Positions 37,701 to 49,879 of a DNA stretch of 64,000 bases are shown here, piece after piece; positions within the stretch are counted from its first letter, which is position 1, and every line of letters starts with the position of its first letter. The position numbers and the translations under genes were made by a program. A model generated the notes under the pieces. That model had not been told where the DNA came from, searched no databases, and worked only from the letters and a program-made list of their open reading frames with translations. The DNA comes from Octopus vulgaris (lineage: Eukaryota): contig OX597815.1 of NCBI GenBank assembly GCA_951406725.2, forward strand, positions 4,650,001-4,714,000. Reading direction: 5' to 3'.

Positions 37701-38507
37701 TAAACAATATCTTTTTCCTTTACTCAGAAGGAAAGTGGAAAGTGATGACGGGGGGGGGGTCAAAAATAAAATTCAACAAGATATCCATATTAAAACTCAG
37801 TTAAATTCGAGTCAGTAGAAAATCAATTAAGCTTAAAAACAGTCAAAGTAGCAATCAATAATGACAAATTGACGGTAAAAGAAGCCTGGTGGGGGTGGAT
37901 TACTTTAACTGTTAGATATAACAGGCTGACCTCCCTCATAGAGGTATCCAATCTTCAAAAATAAAAAAATTAAAATAAAAAGAGGACAGATTAGATAATG
38001 CTAGACTTAGACACACTATGTATAAAACTGAAGAGACACAATGGTCACGGTTGGACTGTCTTTGATCATAGGTCTGCTGCTGCGAAAAAGCTAATTAATT
38101 CGATACAATTAGCGATTAGTAACTTGGTACGATAAAACCGAAAACGAGGTGGATTATTGATCAAAGTGGTGTAAAAAGGTCAAGTCGACCCGGATAGGAT
38201 TTGAACTCTGAACGTCAGGAATAACAATGGAGAGCAGAGAAAAAGAGAACGAAACCCTGGATGTGAGTTGGGGGGGGGGGGGGTGGACTGAAATTTCTGA
38301 GAAAAAATTGCTCATTTTTCAAAATTGTGGTTTCTGTTCTGTGAGAGCAAGAAAACTTGCCCTTCCCTGGACAGCCATTCCAAAACACCAGCAGAACACT
38401 TTGGAACCCTGAGAGAAGCGAGGTGAGAAAATCGATGGTGATTTCGTGTTTACAGTTGTTTGAGAATCTTTGTATAGAAAATATACATAAAAATATATAT
38501 ATATGTA

Positions 38508-39219
38508 GAGTAACCCCTCGGCTATCGCGGGTGTTACGTTCCAAAACCCCACCCCGCGACGGACGAAAATCCACGAAGTAGAAACAGTACTCTCTCTACT
38601 CTTTTACTTGTTTCAGTCATTTGACTGTGGCCATGCTGGAGCACCGCCTTTAGTCGAGCAAATCGACCCTAGGACTTGTTCTTTGTAAGCCCAGTACTTA
38701 TTCTATCGGTCTCTTTTGCCGAACTGCTAAGTTACGGGGACGTAAACACACCTGCATCGGTTGTCAAGCGATGCTGGAGGGGGGGGACACAAACATATAC
38801 ACACATATACGTATGTGCATATATCTCTTTTACTCTTTTACTTGTTTCAGTCAATTGACTGTGGCCATGCTGGAGCACCGCCTCTTTAGTCTAGCAAATG
38901 GACCCCAGGACTTATTCTTGTAAGCCTAGTACTTATTCTATCGGTCTCTTTTGCCAAACCGCTAAGTTACGGGGACGTAAACACACCAGCATCGTTTATC
39001 AAGCGATGTTGGGGGCGGGGACAAACAGACACACAAATATATACATATATATATATACGACGGGCTTCTTTCAGTTTCCGTCTACCAAATCCACTCACAA
39101 GGCATTGGTCGGCCCGAAGCTATAGCAGAAGACACTTGTCCAAGGTGCCATGCAGTGGGACTGAACCCGGAACCGTGTGGTTGGTAAGCAAGCTACTTAC
39201 CACACAGCCACTCCTACGC

Positions 39220-39265
<46 letters not shown>

Positions 39266-39531
39266 TACGATGGGCTTCTTTCAGTTTCCCTCTACCAAAT
39301 CACTCACAAAACTTTGGTTGGCCCGAGGCTATAGTAGAAAACATTTGCCCAAGGTGCCACGCAGTGGGACTGAACCCAGAACCATGTGGTTCACACAGCC
39401 ACTCCTACGTATATATTAAAAAAAAAATTATTTCTATAATTTGTATATATTTATTTTATTATAAATGCAGAACACCACCACAGAGGAATTGACGTAAGCT
39501 TAATAAATTGTGATATGGCGAGGGATTACTG
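38508..39531. mobile_element. Pogo/Tigger-like MITE interrupted by three stacked SINEs
   Basis: TA-GAGTAACCCCTCG ... CGAGGGATTACTG-TA termini; SINEs at 38589-39410 inside. Confidence 0.7.
38589..39410 (-). mobile_element. Three stacked SINE family A copies/fragments
   Basis: Tail half 38589-38815, full copy 38824-39221 and head half 39255-39410; consistent with one copy nested in the central microsatellite of another. Confidence 0.8.
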
Positions 39532-40218
39532 TACCCCCATATATACAGGTGTGGTGAGAAATTTACTAATCTTCAAGATGGATTCTCAAGCCTTGGCACT
39601 CGTAAAGTCAGTTACTTAATTTCCATAGTGTCTAAGTAGTCAAGACGGCAACATTTTTCTTGAACAGGACACCAGTCCAGTGCAGGGTTGAAAGCCAGCA
39701 ATTTTTGAGGCGAGGGGACAAGTTGGTTACATCGACTCCAGTACTTGATTGGTACTTGATCTTATTGACCTCCAGGGGATGAAACACAGTTAATCCCAGT
39801 GGGATTTGATCGTTGTTTAAACGATAAGCATTTATGGTATCTAATCTTATATTTCAGTCATTGGACTGTGGCCTTGCTGGAGCACCGCCTTGAAGGGTTC
39901 ATCAAGTAAATCGACGCCAGTATTTATTTTTAATTTTGGTTAAGTTTTCTTTCTCTATCAAGCTCTTTGTTGAATTGCACATTACGTGGATGTAAACAAA
40001 CCAACACTGGCTGTGAAGTAAGGGTGTGTGGGGACACACACAAGCGTGCACACATGCAAAGTCCGCCATAAAGAAAAAAAAAAGGTATACGCAATTTAGG
40101 AAAGGAAAAATCTGTATAAATATTTTAATTCAGTGTTATTGCAATTTGATAGTTCATCGAAAGGGGTATTTATATTTATAGGGGTACTTTTTTTGGCATA
40201 CTCTATGTATAAAATCAT

Positions 40219-40355
40219 AGGCGCAGGAGAGGTTGTGTGGTAAGTAGCTTGCTTACCAACCACATGGTTCCGGGTTCAGTCCCACTGCGTGGCACCTCGG
40301 GCCGACCAAAGCCTTGTGAGTGGATTTGGTAGACGGAAATTGAAAGAAGCCTGTC

Positions 40356-40387
<32 letters not shown>

Positions 40388-40612
40388 GTGTGTGTATGTA
40401 TGTGTCTATGTATGTCTCTGCCCCGCCCCCCCCAACATCGCTTGACAACCGATGTTGGTGTGTTTACGTCTCCGTAATTTAGCGGTCCGGCAAAAGACAC
40501 CGACAGAATAAGTACTAGGCTTACAAAGAATAAGTCCCGGGGTCGATTTGCTCGACTAAAGGCGGTGCTCCAGTCTGGCCGCAGTCAAACGACTGAAACA
40601 AGTAAAAAAAAA
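40219..40612 (+). mobile_element. SINE family A
   Basis: Family consensus with a short internal deletion. Confidence 0.85.
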
Positions 40613-41296
40613 GAACATATTGAAAAATGGAGAATTATAGATCTTCAAAATATATTTATTAAAACGTTTAATTCTTTGATAAAATAAATTTTGAAGACTT
40701 AAAATTCTCCATTCTACTTTGAGAGGTTTTGATGACATAACTCTATCATCATCATCGTTTAATGTCCGCTTTCCATGCTAGCATGGGTTGGACGGTTCAA
40801 CTGGAGTCTGGGAAGTCAGGAGGCTGCGCCAGGCCCATCTGATCTGGTAGTGTTTCTACAACTGGATGCCCTTCCTAATGCCAACCACTCCGTGAGTGTA
40901 GTGGGTGCTTTTTAAGTGAACTCTGGATTTACCTATCGAATATAGCACAGTTTAATTGTTTATCTTAACTGCTTCTAAATGTTCCTCATCATTCAATGTG
41001 GTTAGCCAGATCTGGACTGCATCAAAGTGCTCATAAGGTACCTGCTTGGATTTTAAATCCCCCATTCCTTTATGCTACATTATTCTTTTATGTGTTTCAT
41101 TTGACTGTGGCCATGCTGGAGCACTGCCCTCAGTCGAACAAATATATCGACCCCGGGGCGTATTCTTTGTAAGGCTAGTACTTATTCTATCGATATCTCT
41201 CTGCCGAACCGCTAAGTGACGAGAACGCAAACACACCAACATCAGATGTCAAGCGATGGTGGGGGACAAACATAGACACAAATAACAAATATATAC

Positions 41297-41331
<35 letters not shown>

Positions 41332-41659
41332 TACACGACGCACTTCTTTTCAGCAAATCCACTCACAAAGCTTTGGTTGGCCCATGGCAATAGTAGAAGA
41401 CACTTGCTCAAGGTGCCATGCAGTGGGACTGAACCCGGAACCACATGGTTGGGAAGCAAGCTTCTTACCACACAGCCACCCCTGTGCTTATATATAGGAA
41501 TTCCACCCAATAGATCACACCCTAGCACCTCTCCTTTTTCTGTCTTGTTTAACTTGCATAAAGGACCTTTTTTTTTCTTTCATAAAGACTGAATATCATC
41601 TAAAGAAAGGATTCAACACAAGTGTAGAGTTAGTATTAATAATTAAGGCTGATGACTAT

Positions 41660-42047
41660 TACTCTTTTACTTGTTTCAGTCATTTGACTGTGGCCATGCT
41701 GGAGCACTGCCTTTAGTCGAGCAAATCGACCCCGGGACTTATTCTTTGTAAGCCCAGTACTTATTCTATTGGTCTCTTTTGCCGAACCGCTAAGTGACGG
41801 GACGTAAACACACCAGCATCGGTTGTCAAGCAATGCTAGGGGGACAAACACAGACACACAAACTTATATATATATATACATATATACGACAGGCTTCTTT
41901 CAGTTTCCGCCTACCAAATCCACTCACAAGGCATTGGTCGGCCCGGGGCTATAGTAGAAGACACTTGCCCAAGATGCCACACAGTGGGACTGAACCCAGA
42001 ACCATGTGGCTGGTTAGCAAGGTACTTACCACACAGCCACTCCTGCG
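41660..42047 (-). mobile_element. SINE family A, full length
   Basis: Family consensus on the reverse strand. Confidence 0.85.
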
Positions 42048-43527
42048 ACTATTGAGAAAATTTCTATGGCACTGTCAACAAAATGAATAAATTCCTTTTC
42101 CCTTTTGTCTATTTTTTCATGCTAGCATGGGTTAGACTAATCTCAAACAGTCAAAGCACAACCCTACTTTTAGAAAATTCCCAAGACATACAAAACGTTT
42201 AAATTATCCATTGTAATCAGATATCTATTTCACATTGAGACAGTTCCATTTTTAAAACAGAATGGTAATCCTTTGGTATTGGTGTATGTCATTCACCCAC
42301 GCAACCTTCCATCAGGATGTAGATAAAGAAGAGGCTAGGCTGAAAAAAGAGGGTGAATGACACCGTTTCCTCACACTGATACACTGTAGACCAATATCAA
42401 AGGAATGCCAACAAAATATTTATATAAAAATAATTTTGGGGTATATAAAAAAAAAAAAAATTCTTAGAGAGAGGAACATCTTGTATCAAAATTATTACAT
42501 TTTTGAAAAATAAATCATTAAGGAAAATACCCATCTTTTATCTTTTGCTTGTTTCAGTCATTAGACTGCAACTATTCCAGAGACACTGCCTTGAAGAATT
42601 TTAGTTGAATGAACTGACCCCAGAACTTGCTTTTGAGCTCCTTTCGAAAGAGGCAATGACCGAAGCCTTTGGCATTATGTTGTGTTTGAAAAGAAGACCC
42701 GTCAAGCCAAATAAACAACAGTCATGACAGATACTGGTGCCATGTAAATAGCGAGCAAAAGCACCCATTACACTCTTGGAATGGTTGGCATTAGGAAGGA
42801 GATCCAACTGTAGAAACCATGCCAAAATAGACTGGAGTCTGATGCAGCCTTCCAGTTTGCCATCCCTGGTCAAACCATCCAACCCATGTCAGCATGGACA
42901 ACGGATGTTAAAAGATGATGATGATGATGGTATTTATTCTAATAGTCTCTTCTACTGAACAGCTAAGTCTGGGGATGTGAACACACCAACACTGGTTATC
43001 AAGTGGTGTAATATGGACAAAGACACACATACACACACACAATGGACTTCTCTCAGTTTCTATTGATCAGATCTAAGCACAAGGCTTTGGTCAGCCGAAG
43101 GCTATAGTAACGGACACTTGCCTAAAGTGCCATGCCATGGGATTGAACCCGGAAGCATGTGGTTGGGAAGCAAATTTCTTTAAGGGTCTGAAATTTTAAA
43201 ATGATCTAGATAAATAAAAGAACACTGCCCTCACTCAACACGGTCAATAGCCGTTAACATGTAAGGACTTAAAGATCTTCATGACAAGACAATTTTGTGG
43301 TTAATCCATTATCTAGTTTCATGCCACTGACCTGACATCTTTAATGGAATCCAGCTTGTTCTAAGCATTCAGTTCAGGTCTCTGGCTTGAGGATACCTTC
43401 TTCCTTCTTATGAGTCACATGGACCCTGCAAAGGTACAAGGGCACTGCCTACCCCACCCTACTAAAGAGATTAAATTTTGCTTTTAAGACACACTTTGGA
43501 AGTGGACTGCCATAGCTCAGTGTAATA

Positions 43528-44468
43528 TAATGGTTCTTGACCATTTTTTTTTACTTATGGACTCATGCTGGCGGCACGCAATAAGCACCATTCATGCGTG
43601 GGTCGTTACCAGTGCCGCCTGACTGGCTCTCCATGCCAATGGCATGTAAAAAGCACCCACTGCACTCTCAGAGTGGTTGGCGTTAGGAAGGGCATGCAGC
43701 TGTAGAAACCTTGCCAAATCAGATTGGAGACTGGTGCAGTCTCTAGTCAAACCATCCAACACATGCCAGCTTGGAAAATGGATATTAAATGATGATGATG
43801 GACCCCTTTGAATCCTATTTTGTTCTACTGGCCCTTTATAAACATTTAATGTTTAAAAGAAATCATCATCGCTTAACATCTGCCTTCCATGCTGGAATGG
43901 GTGGGAATGTTTGACAGGAGCTGGCCAGGCCAAAGCCTGCACCAGACTTCTGTGACTGTTTTGGCAAGGTTTTTACAGCTGGATGCCCTTCCTAACACCA
44001 ACCACTCAGCAGAGGGGACTTAATGCTTTTTATGTGGAACAAGCACAGCCAAGGTCAGTTTTGGCAGGGTTCTTATGGCTAGAGGCCCTTCCTAACACCA
44101 ACCACTCAGCACAGTGGACTTAGTGTTTTTTATGTAGAACAAGCACGGCCGAAGTCAGTTTTGGTAGGGTTCTTACGGTTAGATGCCCTTCCTAACACCA
44201 ACTACTCAGCAGAGGGGACTTAGTGCTTTTTATGTGGAACAAGCATAGGCAAGGTTCTTACGGCTGGATGCCCTTCCTAACACCAACCACTCAGCAGAGG
44301 GGACTTAATGCTTTTTAGCATAATTAAATATTATTAGAAATTTTACCAAAAAAATTATTAAAATGTTTTGTGTAATGTAGATGTACAACCAATATTTTGT
44401 ACATAAGTTTTAAGAAGAAAATCTTACAGGGACCCCAATGTCAAACAGACTTTCATTGAGAACCACCA
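43528..44468. mobile_element. Old hAT-type MITE interrupted by two RTE-UTR repeats
   Basis: TGGTTCTTGA ... TTGAGAACCA ends, GGACCCC subterminal motifs and TGTAAT-like flanks. Confidence 0.5.
43970..44316. repeat. Tandem module repeat (4 x ~85-110 bp) inside an RTE-UTR variant
   Basis: GATGCCCTTCCTAACACCAACCACTCAGCAGAGGGGACTTA recurs four times. Confidence 0.8.
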
Positions 44469-45254
44469 ATGTAATGTGAACATCAAATCTTCAGTTACAA
44501 GAATTCCCAGGTCAGAAATAATTACTATTAATTTTTTTGAAACCAAGATGTTAAACTGAACATTTTTGGACAGCCGAAAACAAATGCAAATTTTATTAAG
44601 AACCAGTGGAGATCAAATTTTAGGATTACATAAAACTGAAATGGTATCAATAAATAAATGTATTTTTGCATGACCAGCATATAACTTTAAATTAGTACCC
44701 CCTCCCCCCCAAAAAAACCTGAATGTCATTATGACAGGTGATTCATATAAACTAGAAAAAGTATTGGCTCAAGAAGGCCTCCTTGTAGAACACCGTATGA
44801 CCAGATGATGGCTGTATGGTAAGATGTTTGCTTCCCAGCCACAGGATTCCAGGTTCACTCCCATTCTGTGGCACCTTGGCCAAATGTCTCCTACTATAGC
44901 TTCAAGCCAACCACAGCCCTCTGAATGAATTTGGTAGATGGAAACTGAAAGAAGCTGACTGTATATATATATCAACAACATCATTTAACATCCACTTTCC
45001 ATGCTGGCATTGGTTGGATGGTTTGAAATGGAGCTGGGAGCAGTCCAGACCCCAATCGTCTGTTGTGACATGTTCTCTACAGCTGGATGCCCTTCCTAAT
45101 GCCAACCACTTGACCAATCATGCTGGCTGCCTTTTAATGTGCCACTGGCATGGGTGCATTTGCACAGCACCAACACAGGTGCCGCTTATGTGGCACTGGC
45201 ACCTGCAAAGGCCAAGCCTGTATGTGTGCAAGACGGCAGTTTTACTTAGCTTGA

Positions 45255-45845
45255 CATCATCATCATTGTTTAATATCCGCTTTCAATGCTAGCATGGGTT
45301 GGACGATTTTGACTGAGGGCTGGCGAACCAGATGGCTGCACCAGGCTCCAATCTTGATCTGGCAGAGTTTCTACAGCTGGATGCCCTTCCTAACACCAAC
45401 CACTCCGAGAGTGTAGTGGCTGCTTTTTATGTACCACCAACATGGGGCCAGTCAGGCGGTACTGGCAATGACTTCGCTCGAATCTTTTTACACATGTCAC
45501 TGGCACAAGTGCCAGTAAGGCGACGCTGGTAACGATCACGCTCGAATGGTGCCTTTTACATGCCACTGACATGGAGGCCAGTTAGCCGCTCTGGTAACGA
45601 CATGTTTCATCAAATACAGCAAATCACATATTTCCCAGTCCCTTGCCATTTCCTCAGTGAGGCCCAGCCTCCAAAGATCCTTTCTCACCCCTCTGTCCCA
45701 TGTCTTCCTGGGTCTACCCCTTCCACAGGTACCCTCCACAATTACAGCTCAGCACTTCTTCATGCAGCTGTTCTCATCCATACACATCACATGACCAAAC
45801 CAGTCTTCTCTCTTGCACACAACATCTGATGCCCCTTAAATCATT
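45255..45845 (-). mobile_element. RTE LINE ORF end plus long modular 3' UTR
   Basis: GTCGRGRPRKTWDRGVRKDLWRLGLTEEMARD (with upstream WFGHVM-like motif) runs directly into the abundant GTGGCACGTAAAAAGCACC / (GAT)n repeat family. Confidence 0.85.
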
Positions 45846-45929
45846 TACATTCTGCCGTGCAGAGTGTGTGTGAGAATGTGTCTTTGTACCTGTGTTGGTG
45901 TGTTTCTGTCCCCATAACTTAATGATCCA

Positions 45930-46181
45930 CCAAATGTAACAAACTGCTGGCATCAGTTGTTAGTTGCCGGAGCACTGCATCCTTCAAAACATCCATGCTT
46001 CCTAAGATTCGCCAACACTACACCTGATTTTCTCTCCCCTCCATACACACACAAGAATGTATCTGACTCATACACTGTTCACTTCCCAGACATTGGTACA
46101 TTACTGCATATGCTTTATACAGACTTTTGACAAGTTGTGGTGCACCTGAGCACTGTATACAATAATTTTGTTATTATTATT
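45930..46181 (+). mobile_element. CR1/L2-like LINE 3' end
   Basis: NKLLASVVSCRSTASFKTSMLPKIRQHYT*, a UTR and an (ATT)n tail. Confidence 0.65.
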
Positions 46182-48599
46182 TAAATGACCTACAGAATAA
46201 ATGCTCTGTGTTTCTTTCAATTAATTTTAAATATAACAAAGAATTTAGTAAAACAACTTAGTTATCATTAAGGTAGTGTTAGGAACATAAATTGTGTCTA
46301 AGGTTTGGTGGAAGATTTTAATTCAGAACTTTTGAAAACAAGATATTTGTACTCAGAGCCAGAGCTGGTTTCAGCCGGGTTGGTATAGAAAGGGTTAAAA
46401 AAGAAAAAAATAGGTTCTGGGGTCGATTTATTTGACTAAAAATTCTTCAAGGCTGTGCCTCAGCATGGCCGCAGTCCAATGACTGACACAAGTAAAAAAA
46501 TAAAAGAGCCTTCCATTTTCCAAAGAGTTACTCAACCATACTAACAGATCTACCATCAATCTGTGTATTCACCACACTTGTCAACAGATTTTACTAAAGT
46601 AAGGTAACAGCTGATTCATTAAAACACTATAACAATTAAAAATTGTGATACTGGAAACCTTTTACTCATAAATTCAGGTCAAAAATGAAGGGTTCTCGTA
46701 CAAAATAAAATGCATAGTTTTAAAAAAGTCAGAAGATGACATGAGGGAAGAGTTGGCTGTTATTTCCAGTATTTAGTGATGCTGTAGCTAGCGCAGTGCA
46801 TTTCAACCATTTCTCTACCTGTGGACCACTTTAATTCCTGTTTTACTCTACAGAACTTCCAGAGCCATTCAATGGAGTCTTTTTTTTTTTTTAACATTAT
46901 TATTTTTCATCTTTTGCTCATTTCAGTCATTAGACTGTGGCCATGCTGGGGCATCACCTCAAAGATCCTTTAGGCGAATGAATCGACCCCAGTACTTATT
47001 TTTTAAAGCCTTCTACTCATTCTATCAGTCTCTCTTGCCGAACCACTAAGTTAAAGGGATGTAAACACACCTACACTGGTTGTCAAGTGCTGGCGGGGTA
47101 CAAACACACACACACACACATATATATATAAAACAGGATTCCTTCAGTTTCTGTCAACCAAATCCACTCATATTTGAGGCTATAGCAGAAGATATTTACC
47201 CAAAGTGCCACACACCTCCGGTTTAGGAACCTCTGCTGTTTGTCCCTGGTTTAACCAACTTATCTTTTTAGACGAACAATGTTCGTAAACTGAGATCACT
47301 TTACAACCACACAGTTTCGAGTTCAGTCCCCACTCTCAACGCATGGCACCTTGGGCAAATGGCGCTGGGCCAACCAATGCATTACGAATGAACCTGGTAA
47401 GCAGAAACTGCGCGGAAGCCCATTATATGTGTGTATGTGCATGTCTTGGAAAGCGATGTTGGGTTATGTCCCCCATAACCAAGCGGTTTGGCAAAACAGA
47501 CAGAAAGAGATAATAAATGGCAAAGTCGACCTCGGCGGAATTTGAACTCGGAACATCTTTTTAAAATGTTTCACATCAAACAAATTGAAGAAAAAGGAAC
47601 TAAAAACTTGTGATGGTGGTAGTGTTTCTTCTAAACCACTTAAGTTAACTCGGCCACTTTTCAGACCCACTGTCTATGTTTTTGTTTTCGTCACTAAATA
47701 TAAAACTAAAACCAATTATTTTTTGCTATTTCTGTGTCACTCAACGGAAATTATAATTGCTAAAAATAAAATATAAATTCAGTTTTTCACTATAACATTT
47801 ACAACACTCTGCCCCCTTTTTCCTTTCGTAATATTTTCCTTACCCCCATGAGGCACAGGAGGTGGAATCACAAACTTCACCCTTGATCAATTCATTAATT
47901 AATTGCTTACTCGTGTAGAGTGAACATTGCAATATTCTAAAAAAAATTATTTTTCATGTTAAATGTACTAAAAAAAAAACGAAATAAAAAGCAAATAGAA
48001 GATTTGAGCAGAATTTCTCAGCTCTTTCTAGCAAGTTTAATGACCGTGTAGAGGAAGCTACTTGGTTGTTTGAAGAGCATATTGACACCGATGTTATTTA
48101 GCCCTAGGTCGAACTGAAGCAACCTATGAATCATGGGCATTTCCAGCTACACATTCTGCTGCTGTTGTTGTTTAGCCCAAGGCCAGCACTCATTGAGTAA
48201 ACTTATCACACACACACACACACACACACAGAGTCCAAGATTCAGGACACCGTGTTATCTATTACTGCCACATTCATTATATATATCCTCGTTTTTATAT
48301 AAGAGATAAGGTGTGATTCGAGAGATTTTGCTGCTATTTCTAGTGGGTCATAAAGGAGACTTCCCTTGTTGGTTGGTTCCTATTTCACCCCACCCCCGCC
48401 GAGTGGAAACTGGATCAGAAATGAAGAGAATTAGGGGGGAGGGGGCTCTTTGCAGCCCCTTCTAGTTTCTCACAGACATAACCACCAATGGACCCCACCC
48501 TCCGTTCCTAGTATATAACCAACCATAGCTGGCTTTATTGATCTTGAACGAACGAAACTAAATACGGTTCCTGAATCGCTAACGAACCGAAGTTCAACT

Positions 48600-49590
48600 C
48601 TTGCTAGAAATAGCAGCTAAATCCCCCCCCTCCATCAAATAATAGCTTATGTAGTAGCCTTCCGCCCATTTAAAAAGATGGGATGGTCACATCTCGAACA
48701 CCTCTCACCATTGGTCTTGTTTCACAAAAGTTGACCCGTGGTGAAGCAACAGCCATTAACGATCCAACGAATAAGCGTCTAATTGCTAGATATAGATGCC
48801 AAAATCTCCCTCAAATCACACACTACCGTTTTGTGAAGGGCATATTACTGGCTAATTTCAGTCCTTCAAGCATCGAAGACAGGATGGTCACATATGGAAT
48901 ACTTTTGATCTGATCCTAAGTCGGTTTCATGCGATAAAGCAACAGCCATTGACGATCCAATGAAGCCTTGTGTTGCTTTGCTAGAAATAGCAGCCAAATC
49001 GTACCCTACCGCCTTATATAAAACAGGATACACTAGTAGGAGATGTAGTACTCCACACATCTATTAACATGGGATGGTCACATCTGGAATATCCTTGATC
49101 ATATGTCTGTTTCATAGGAGTGGATCTACAGTTAAACAACAGCCATTGACGATCCAACGAGAAAGCTTCTACTGTGTTGCTCTAACCGCTAAACATAGCA
49201 GCCAAATCTCCCTCAGTTTTTTTTTTGGTGGTGGGGGTGTGAACAGGAAGGGCATATTAAATAACATGGTCCTACTTAATGTATGATATAATCTGCCTTT
49301 AAAAAAATGGGATTGTCACAGCTGGAATGTCTTAGGTACTAGCGAACAGTGGTCCCGGTGCGCGCACTCGCGCAAGCTAGTCGTAAGTAGTCGATCCTAC
49401 AATTTTTTAAACTAAGTAAATAAATTATTTTTTACAAAAAAACTAAGGTTAGGGTTAAAAAGTCGTTGTAGGATCGACTACTTACGACTAGCTAGCGCGT
49501 ATGCGCGAGTGCGCGCACCGGGACCACTGTTCGTTATAGTAGTACCGTCTCTTTACTCATGGGCCTGACGACCGGGGGCTAAACAACGAG
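48600..49590 (+). repeat. Degenerate tandem array, four ~180-210 bp units of an old dispersed repeat
   Basis: GCTAGAAATAGCAGCCAAATC...GGATGGTCACATCTGGAAT...CAACAGCCATTGACGATCCAA recurs at ~48603, 48785, 48980 and 49188. Confidence 0.7.
49335..49546. mobile_element. CpG-rich foldback MITE
   Basis: Arms 49335-49402 and 49466-49546 are near-perfect inverted repeats (CGAACAGTGGTCCCGGTGCGCGCACTCGCGCA; AGCTAGTCGTAAGTAGTCGATCCTACAA). The AT-rich spacer contains TAAGGTTAGGGTTA. Confidence 0.75.
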
Positions 49591-49723
49591 TTTAATTACC
49601 GAGATGGTTACTGAAATGAAGAAAGGAAAAACAAAAAGGTACATCAAGATAGTCGAAAAAAAAAAAACCCCAACCAAACAAAACCCAACAATAATAATAA
49701 AGTAGAGATGTGTGTTGTCTTAC

Positions 49724-49879
49724 CTGTAATGTCGAGAAGTGTTTGTCGTTAAATTTGTTCTCAACGTAACGAAGAATCAAAGAGGTTTTGCCCACACAGC
49801 CCTCACCTAACAACACAATCTTGAAAGAATAGTTATGAGACGCACTTCCATGGCCTCCAACAAGGCCACTGTTGGCCAT
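49724..49879 (-). CDS. RAB21: Ras-related protein Rab-21, coding exon 1
   Basis: MANSGLVGGHGSASHNYSFKIVLLGEGCVGKTSLILRYVENKFNDKHFSTLQ carries the Rab21-specific P-loop GEGCVGKTS. Kozak-like GCACCATGG start; phase-0 donor CAG|GTAAGA at 49723, the same intron position as recalled for vertebrate RAB21. Confidence 0.96.

Noticed and set aside
49444-49457. Interstitial telomere
   Set aside because: Only about two TTAGGG-like units, inside a MITE spacer.
49592-49723. C-terminal extension of the 95-aa Rab ORF
   Set aside because: Read-through past the GTAAGA donor into the intron; Rab similarity stops at STLQ.
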